Below are positions 58,117 to 64,000 of a stretch of DNA of 64,000 bases, one piece after another. Position numbers and translations under genes: made by a program. The notes under the pieces were generated by a model. It ran no database searches. It saw nothing but the letters and a program-made list of their open reading frames with translations, and was not told the origin of the DNA. The stretch's first letter is position 1; each line of letters begins with the position of its first letter. The stretch is from an uncultured Bacilli bacterium (GTDB lineage: Bacteria > Bacillota_I > Bacilli_A > RF39 > UBA660): the NCBI GenBank assembly GCA_944350495.1, contig CALVOZ010000002.1, forward strand, positions 9,421 through 73,420. The letters are read 5' to 3'.

Positions 58117-59477
58117 TCAATAAACTCATTATTTTCAAACAAGATAAATATTTTATTTTGGCCAAATACTTGGCAGCTAAATGCAATAAATTCGGGGCCT
58201 ATAACAATTTTCTCTGCTTTAACAGTACTAGTTAAATAGTCTACGTCAACTAATTTAATGACATTATCAATATCATTATTATCAATAACATATTTTAAAT
58301 GATTATATACTAATTCTTCCGTCTTATTTTCGATATTAATATCTTCGACTTTAATATAGGCAATTAAATTTAGATTTTTCCAATCATTGATTGAACATTC
58401 TTCTTTTAAATATTTAACAATATTATTTATAAATTTGTTGATTAACAAGTCTTTATATTCATATAACTCAATTTGTTTTTGATTAATAATTTCTTCTAGC
58501 AACTCTCTTTTTTCAATTTCATTTAATTCATTACTATTCATTATTTCAGGAAATTCTAATAAACTACCATCATTATAAGTACCTAAAACATTAGTTTTAA
58601 ATGTTCCTCTGAAATACCACTTTCCATCATAGTAAACTTGAATTTTTTCTATTTCATCATCTTGTTCAACTTTACGATTAAACTGTTGATAATTACTATC
58701 AATTACTTTTAAATATCTCTTATTATCTATCGAAAATGTTACAACATCTTCATTAAATTGTTGATTATCCATTTCATTTACATCGAGTTTTCGCAAATCT
58801 ATTCCACGATACAAAAAATTTAGAGAATTTTTTGACATTTGATATAAATATTTAAATATTAAATTTAGGTAATCATTATCTTCATCAATATTTCTAATTC
58901 CAATTAAAATTGCATACATTTCGAAATATTCAGTTACATTATTTCTAGAATAACCACTAATTTCCCATAAATAATTATCTTGATACATATAAATAGTTCC
59001 ATTTTCAAATTCATAAAATTTTTGATGATTACTTTCAAATTGTTCAATACATTCTGAAACAACATCTAATTCATTCATCTGTTGCCTAAATTCAGCTTCA
59101 TCTAAATAAGTATACTTTAAAGTGTACTCATGGTCTTTTAAAAAATGAAAAATTCCGTGATTTGTATCGTTATCTAAAGTAGAAGAATAAATAATTATGT
59201 AATCATTTGGAATATATATTCCAACTTTGCGATTGAGTACTAAGATATAATGACAGCACCAATTACAGTCAATCATTTTAATATAATTAAAAGACTGAAG
59301 AATTTTTTTTCTAGATTCATTTGTTGCATTAAATAATTCTGATATTCTAAAAAAAGATGATTTAGATTGCTCACTAGATAATTCACTTGATGAATTTTCT
59401 AATTCATCTGGTTTACTAGTATCATATGCTCTCGCCATAGCTTCGTGCTCTAATAAATCAATATTAAGATCATTCAC
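58107..59477 (-). CDS. large uncharacterised cytoplasmic protein (456 aa)
   Basis: ORF; no motif recognised; overlaps the downstream gene. Confidence 0.45.
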   Translation of the reverse strand: MNDLNIDLLEHEAMARAYDTSKPDELENSSSELSSEQSKSSFFRISELFNATNESRKKILQSFNYIKMIDCNWCCHYILVLNRKVGIYIPNDYIIIYSSTLDNDTNHGIFHFLKDHEYTLKYTYLDEAEFRQQMNELDVVSECIEQFESNHQKFYEFENGTIYMYQDNYLWEISGYSRNNVTEYFEMYAILIGIRNIDEDNDYLNLIFKYLYQMSKNSLNFLYRGIDLRKLDVNEMDNQQFNEDVVTFSIDNKRYLKVIDSNYQQFNRKVEQDDEIEKIQVYYDGKWYFRGTFKTNVLGTYNDGSLLEFPEIMNSNELNEIEKRELLEEIINQKQIELYEYKDLLINKFINNIVKYLKEECSINDWKNLNLIAYIKVEDINIENKTEELVYNHLKYVIDNNDIDNVIKLVDVDYLTSTVKAEKIVIGPEFIAFSCQVFGQNKIFILFENNEFIEWK

Positions 59478-59596
59478 TATAATCCCCTCTTTATCACAAT
59501 TATATCATTAGAAGTTTTTTTTATAAATATTTAATTAATAAATAATTTGTTCGCTTTACACACTAAAATATGATATAATGACTTAACGAGGTACAT

Positions 59597-60385
59597 ATGA
59601 AAAAAAATAAAAATGAAGTAAAAAAACAAATCCCAGAAAAGAAGAAATACACCTTAAAAGCTTTTATATACTTTTCTTTAAGAATTTTGACTATCTTATG
59701 TATGATTCGTCAAATTCAACTTGGAAATTATATGAATGCAGCTCTTTGTATTGGAACATTAATTCTTTTCTCAGTAACAATAATTATGGAACACAAATTA
59801 AATATCGATTTTCCAGACTTATTAGAAATAACTGTTTGGATATTTATATTTTCTTCCGAAATATTAGGAGAAATAAACCAGTTTTATATTCATTTTGAAA
59901 ATTGGGACTTAATTTTACATACAACTAATGGTTTTATTATGGCAGGAATTGGATATTCCTTAGTAGAATTACTTAATATTAATGAAAATATCAAAGTTAA
60001 CTTATCCCCAATATATGTAGCTATTGTCGCAATATCATTTTCTATGACAATTGGAGTATTTTGGGAGTTTTTCGAATATGGGATGGATAAGTATTTGCAC
60101 AAAGATATGCAGAAAGATACGATAATCAACACTATTTATAGTGTTACATTACATGATGACAAAAAGAATGAAGTAGTTGAAGTTCCAATTAAATCCGTAA
60201 TTATCAATGGTGAAGATTGGACTGCAAAATATGGAGGATATATCGATATTGGCCTAAATGATACAATGGAAGATTTATTTGTAAACTTTATCGGCGCTGT
60301 AATATTCTCAATATTTGGATATTTATATACTATTGGTAAAGGTAAATATGCCAGCAACTTTATAATTAAAAGAAAAACAGAGTAG
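59597..60385 (+). CDS. polytopic membrane protein (YjdF-like?)
   Basis: ORF with 4-5 TM segments. Confidence 0.4.
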   Translation: MKKNKNEVKKQIPEKKKYTLKAFIYFSLRILTILCMIRQIQLGNYMNAALCIGTLILFSVTIIMEHKLNIDFPDLLEITVWIFIFSSEILGEINQFYIHFENWDLILHTTNGFIMAGIGYSLVELLNINENIKVNLSPIYVAIVAISFSMTIGVFWEFFEYGMDKYLHKDMQKDTIINTIYSVTLHDDKKNEVVEVPIKSVIINGEDWTAKYGGYIDIGLNDTMEDLFVNFIGAVIFSIFGYLYTIGKGKYASNFIIKRKTE

Positions 60386-60426
60386 GAATACTCTTTTTTC
60401 TTTGGTATAATATTAATGGTGATACA

Positions 60427-61224
60427 GTGCAAATAAAAGAATACTTTACAAAAGGGAAAATAAGTAATGATACAAACGAAGATGGTCTTTATATTAGTAA
60501 AGATATAATAGCGGTCATCGATGGTGTAACAAGCAAAACTAGTAATTTATACGATGGTCATAAAAGTGGCTATGTCGCTAAGGAAATTGTTTTAGATACT
60601 TTAAAACATATCGATCCTAGAAGTACTTTTGAAGAAACTTTATTACACATCAATAACAATTTATTTAAATATCATAAAGAAATTGGTAAAGAAAAAGAAT
60701 ATTTTTCTGCGCAAATTATTATGTATAATAACTACTATAAAGAAATTTGGAACTTTGGAGATTCGAGTTGTATGATAAACGGTCATGTTCACTTACATGA
60801 TAAACTATATGATGAAATAACTTCCAATGCTAGAGCGCTTTATGATAATTTATTATTAAAACAAGGTTATACTGTGGAACAATTATTAGAAAAAGACCTA
60901 GGAGCAGAATATATTAAACCTCTATTGAAAAATCAATATTTATACGATAATAATATTGATAGTCCTTATGGATATCCTGTGTTAAATGGCCAAGAAATTC
61001 ATTTTAACCATTTAATAAAATATGAAGTCAAAAAAGGTGATGAAGTCGTTTTAGCTAGTGATGGTTATCCTTTGATAAAACCAACACTTAAAGAATCAGA
61101 AAGATATTTAAATGATATTTTGAAAAGAGATCCGTTATGTATCAATAAATTTGTAACTACGAAAGGATTAAAAAAAGGGTACAAATCTTATGATGACCGT
61201 ACTTATGTTAGATTCATTGTTTAA
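60427..61224 (+). CDS. PP2C/SpoIIE-like phosphatase-fold protein (tentative)
   Basis: Spaced Asp-Gly blocks IIAVIDGVTS, GDSSCMI, VLASDGY. Confidence 0.35.
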   Translation: MQIKEYFTKGKISNDTNEDGLYISKDIIAVIDGVTSKTSNLYDGHKSGYVAKEIVLDTLKHIDPRSTFEETLLHINNNLFKYHKEIGKEKEYFSAQIIMYNNYYKEIWNFGDSSCMINGHVHLHDKLYDEITSNARALYDNLLLKQGYTVEQLLEKDLGAEYIKPLLKNQYLYDNNIDSPYGYPVLNGQEIHFNHLIKYEVKKGDEVVLASDGYPLIKPTLKESERYLNDILKRDPLCINKFVTTKGLKKGYKSYDDRTYVRFIV

Positions 61225-61303
61225 TAATTTTTAATATTTTTTATACATATCATTAAAAATTATTTGAAATAATGAGTTTGTTAAGTATGTATAAGGAGGA
61301 TTT

Positions 61304-61984
61304 ATGGAAAAAGTTTTAATTGTCGATGATGAAAATGATATTGCTGAATTAATATCCGATGTATTAACTGATGAAGGTTTTGAAACTGTTATAAAAAATA
61401 ATGGTGAAGATGCGGTTAAAGCTGCTACTGAAGATTCTTTTGATTTAATTATTTTAGATATAATGATGCCAAAAATGAATGGTACTGAAGTGTGCAATCA
61501 AATAAGAGATAAAGTTAATTGTCCAATTATTTTTGTTACTGCCAAAACTCATTTAATTGATAAATTAGTAGGTTTCGAAATTGGGGCTGATGATTATATC
61601 ACTAAACCTTTTACAATTGAAGAATTGGTTGCGCGTGTTAAAGCCCATATTAGAAGAAACAATCGTCAATACAAAAATATAGATAAAAATATAATTACAA
61701 TTGGAGAAATAAAAATTAATAAGGAAAATTATGAAGTTTGGAAAAACGATAAACCCGTTGAACTATCAACTAGAGAGTTTGAATTATTATCTTATCTTAT
61801 GACTAATGCTGGTATTGCCTTATCGAAAGACCAAATATTTGATGCTGTTTGGGGTAGCAGTTATGGTGAGATTGGTACTGTTGCTGTACATATTAAAAGT
61901 TTAAGGAAAAAACTAGATAACGATGAAAAATATATTAAGACAATATGGGGATTAGGCTATAAATTTGTAAAGGTATTAGATTAA
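61304..61984 (+). CDS. OmpR-family response regulator
   Basis: Receiver domain (LIVDDE...D at LILDIMMP) plus winged-helix C-terminus. Confidence 0.85.
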   Translation: MEKVLIVDDENDIAELISDVLTDEGFETVIKNNGEDAVKAATEDSFDLIILDIMMPKMNGTEVCNQIRDKVNCPIIFVTAKTHLIDKLVGFEIGADDYITKPFTIEELVARVKAHIRRNNRQYKNIDKNIITIGEIKINKENYEVWKNDKPVELSTREFELLSYLMTNAGIALSKDQIFDAVWGSSYGEIGTVAVHIKSLRKKLDNDEKYIKTIWGLGYKFVKVLD

Positions 61985-61985
61985 T

Positions 61986-63257
61986 ATGAAAATGAAGAAA
62001 GCCACCCTATTACTTGTTATTTTTATATTTTTATTTAATTTTATTTTAATAGCCGGTTATTTCAAATATTTTCTTATTCCGCAATTATCAATTGCAATTG
62101 AAGCAAATAATGAACAATTAAATAATGATTTGATATCTATTTTAAAGAAAATAAATTATTCCGCTAGTTTATATACTGCACTTGATGATTTCGCGGTTGA
62201 AAAAAATATTGATATCTATGTAGAAAGTATTGATGGAATTATTATATATAATAATAACGAAGCCTTATGGTCTAAAGGGGCCATATCACATGTTACCAAA
62301 TTCTTCGAATATAAAGACACTATGTACATTATAAAATTACATAAAGAGACCAATACTGCTGATATTCCAGCTCTAAATAATTTTATTTTATTTGAAATTC
62401 TTGTTATTTTAGTAATTGTCTTAGTATTTTTTGAAACTACCAATCAAAGAGTAATATCGCCAGTTGAAAAATTACAAAAATCAATCAAGAATTATAAATT
62501 TGGAATTAAACCAACTAAAACAACCGGTCATTCAGAATTTGATATTATTCAAAATAATTTTGTTGAGTTAGTTGATGCTTTAGAAGATGAAAAAGAAAAA
62601 CAAAACCGTATTATTGCTTCAATATCTCACGATATAAAAACACCTTTAACCTCAATATTAGGTTATTCTGATAGATTAATGACAGCAAAATTAGATGAAA
62701 GTAGAAAATCTGATTATATTGAGAAAATTCATGCTAAAGCAATAAATTTAAGAGATTTAACTGAAGAATTTGATGATTACTTAAGTTGTAACTTAAAAGA
62801 AAGTATGAAAAGAGAAGATATTCCTGTAACTGAATTTTTAAATATTATCAATAAAGATTATAAAGATGATTTAGCTGAAAAAGATATAAAACTAATTATT
62901 AATAATACCTGCGATGGTGAAGTCTTACACATAGATTGTGCAAAGATGAAAAGAGTATTTAGCAATATCATTGCCAATAGTGCACGCTATACTCCTAAAA
63001 AAGGAAAAATAACTATAAAGTGTAAAAAAATAGATAAATATTTTGAATTTACAATAAGTGATAATGGTCAGGGAGTCCCAGAAAAAGACTTAAATAAAAT
63101 ATTTGAACCATTATTCACTTCAGACCCATCAAGGAAAATATCCGGTTTAGGTCTATCAATTTGTAAAGAAATAGTAGAAACTCACGGCGGGTATATATAT
63201 GCTAGAAACAACGACAATAAAGGATTAGATGTTATATTTACTGTCAAAAAAAATTAA
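61986..63257 (+). CDS. sensor histidine kinase
   Basis: H-box SHDIKTPLTSI; G-box GLGLSICKEIVETHGG; N-terminal TM segments. Confidence 0.85.
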   Translation: MKMKKATLLLVIFIFLFNFILIAGYFKYFLIPQLSIAIEANNEQLNNDLISILKKINYSASLYTALDDFAVEKNIDIYVESIDGIIIYNNNEALWSKGAISHVTKFFEYKDTMYIIKLHKETNTADIPALNNFILFEILVILVIVLVFFETTNQRVISPVEKLQKSIKNYKFGIKPTKTTGHSEFDIIQNNFVELVDALEDEKEKQNRIIASISHDIKTPLTSILGYSDRLMTAKLDESRKSDYIEKIHAKAINLRDLTEEFDDYLSCNLKESMKREDIPVTEFLNIINKDYKDDLAEKDIKLIINNTCDGEVLHIDCAKMKRVFSNIIANSARYTPKKGKITIKCKKIDKYFEFTISDNGQGVPEKDLNKIFEPLFTSDPSRKISGLGLSICKEIVETHGGYIYARNNDNKGLDVIFTVKKN

Positions 63258-63303
63258 ATCTCATTTGAGATTTTTTTTATGTTATAATGAGTTTGGTGAT
63301 ATT

Positions 63304-63942
63304 ATGTCAAAAGAACAAAATGTAATTAACTATTATGTAATATGTAATAAACTAAAAAATATCGTTTGAACTGGTTGGAAAGATTGGCACGTAAAACGTG
63401 AAAGAGTAGAGAGTGTCGCAGAGCATATTTTTGGTGTTCAAATGTTAGCGCTCGCTATGAAATCCGAATACAATTACGATATAGATATACAAAAAGTCAT
63501 ATATATGATTGCAATACATGAATTAGGTGAAACTATCATTGGAGATTTAACTCATTTTGAAATTGCCAAAATAGAGAAAGAAAAAATAGAAACGGAAGCC
63601 GTTCATCAAATATTAAATTGTTTGCTTGATAAAGATTATATTGAATCATTATATGTAGAATTTAATAAAAAAGAAACAAAAGAAGCTTTATTTGCTTATC
63701 AGTGTGATCATTTAGAATGTGACCTTCAAAGTAAATTATACGACGAAGAATGCTGTGTCGATTTAAATAATCAACAAGATAATAAAACTTTTTATGACAC
63801 AAAAGTACAAGAATTACTTAATAAAGGACTATCATGGTCACAAATGTGGTTAACTTATGGTCAAAATAGATATCACTATGATAATAATTTTATGGCAGTA
63901 TCTAATTACGCTATCAATAATAATATAAGTAATAAAAATTAA
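63304..63942 (+). pseudogene. HD-domain phosphohydrolase (YfbR-like) interrupted by in-frame TGA at 63367..63369
   Basis: ATG 63304 and the downstream ORF (63442..63942; HD motif IAIHELGE) share one frame, separated only by a TGA where homologs have R in an R-T-G-W motif. Confidence 0.5.
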
Positions 63943-64000
63943 GAAATAATTTCTTAATTTTTTTTAATATTTTTTATAAAGAATCTTAATATTTATTTTT

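Noticed and set aside
63367-63369. Possibility that TGA encodes Trp (Mollicutes-type code 4)
   Set aside because: All long ORFs in the window are intact under the standard code and terminate at TAA/TAG/TGA without internal TGA; a single in-frame TGA is better explained by mutation or sequencing error.
1-64000. CRISPR arrays, rRNA operons, IS elements outside the prophage
   Set aside because: No regularly spaced short direct repeats, no rRNA-like conserved stretches, and no transposase-like ORFs with terminal inverted repeats were seen.

Overview
AT-rich Bacillota-like chromosomal window; standard genetic code inferred from long intact ORFs. Core of the window (about 7987..44012) is a roughly 36 kb siphovirus-type prophage inserted into the 3' end of a minus-strand tRNA-Ala(UGC) gene. 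It is bounded by 52-bp direct repeats that include a copy of the tRNA 3' end and its palindromic terminator. Arm-type 22-bp repeats lie just inside each end. The right end carries the lysogeny module on the plus strand: cI-like XRE repressor, ImmA-like protease, lipoprotein and tyrosine integrase. Everything else in the prophage runs on the minus strand: Cro-like regulator and a DUF2188 gene; an HTH protein with an iteron/AT-rich ori-like region; an SbcC/Rad50-like ATPase; RecT; an MBL hydrolase; a SpoVG homolog; PcfK/PcfJ-like proteins; an ArpU-like late regulator; TerS/TerL; portal; a head-morphogenesis protein with a C-terminal ADP-ribosyltransferase-like domain; scaffold; capsid; connector proteins; major tail; a G/GT frameshift chaperone; tape measure; Dit/Tal with collagen-like repeats; receptor-binding protein; holin; endolysin. 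Between the lysis genes and attL is a moron region with a three-gene minus-strand operon resembling a toxin-antitoxin-SecB-chaperone (TAC) module. Its 210-aa first gene is unrecognised and may be weakly DarT-like; this is the best candidate for an undescribed system. Left flank housekeeping: uppP-like, UPF0316, cdaA-cdaR, M29 aminopeptidase, peptide deformylase. Right flank: SleB-like hydrolase; tRNA-Trp; a very AT-rich islet with a 594-aa RecF/SMC-like ATPase and an RHH protein; a cysteine-synthase-family gene preceded by a Cys-Cys-containing uORF; DUF1538 plus tandem P-II-like protein; HAD hydrolase; alr; trxA; trxB-like; two large uncharacterised proteins; a two-component system; and an HD-domain gene interrupted by an in-frame TGA. 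No CRISPR array or rRNA seen.
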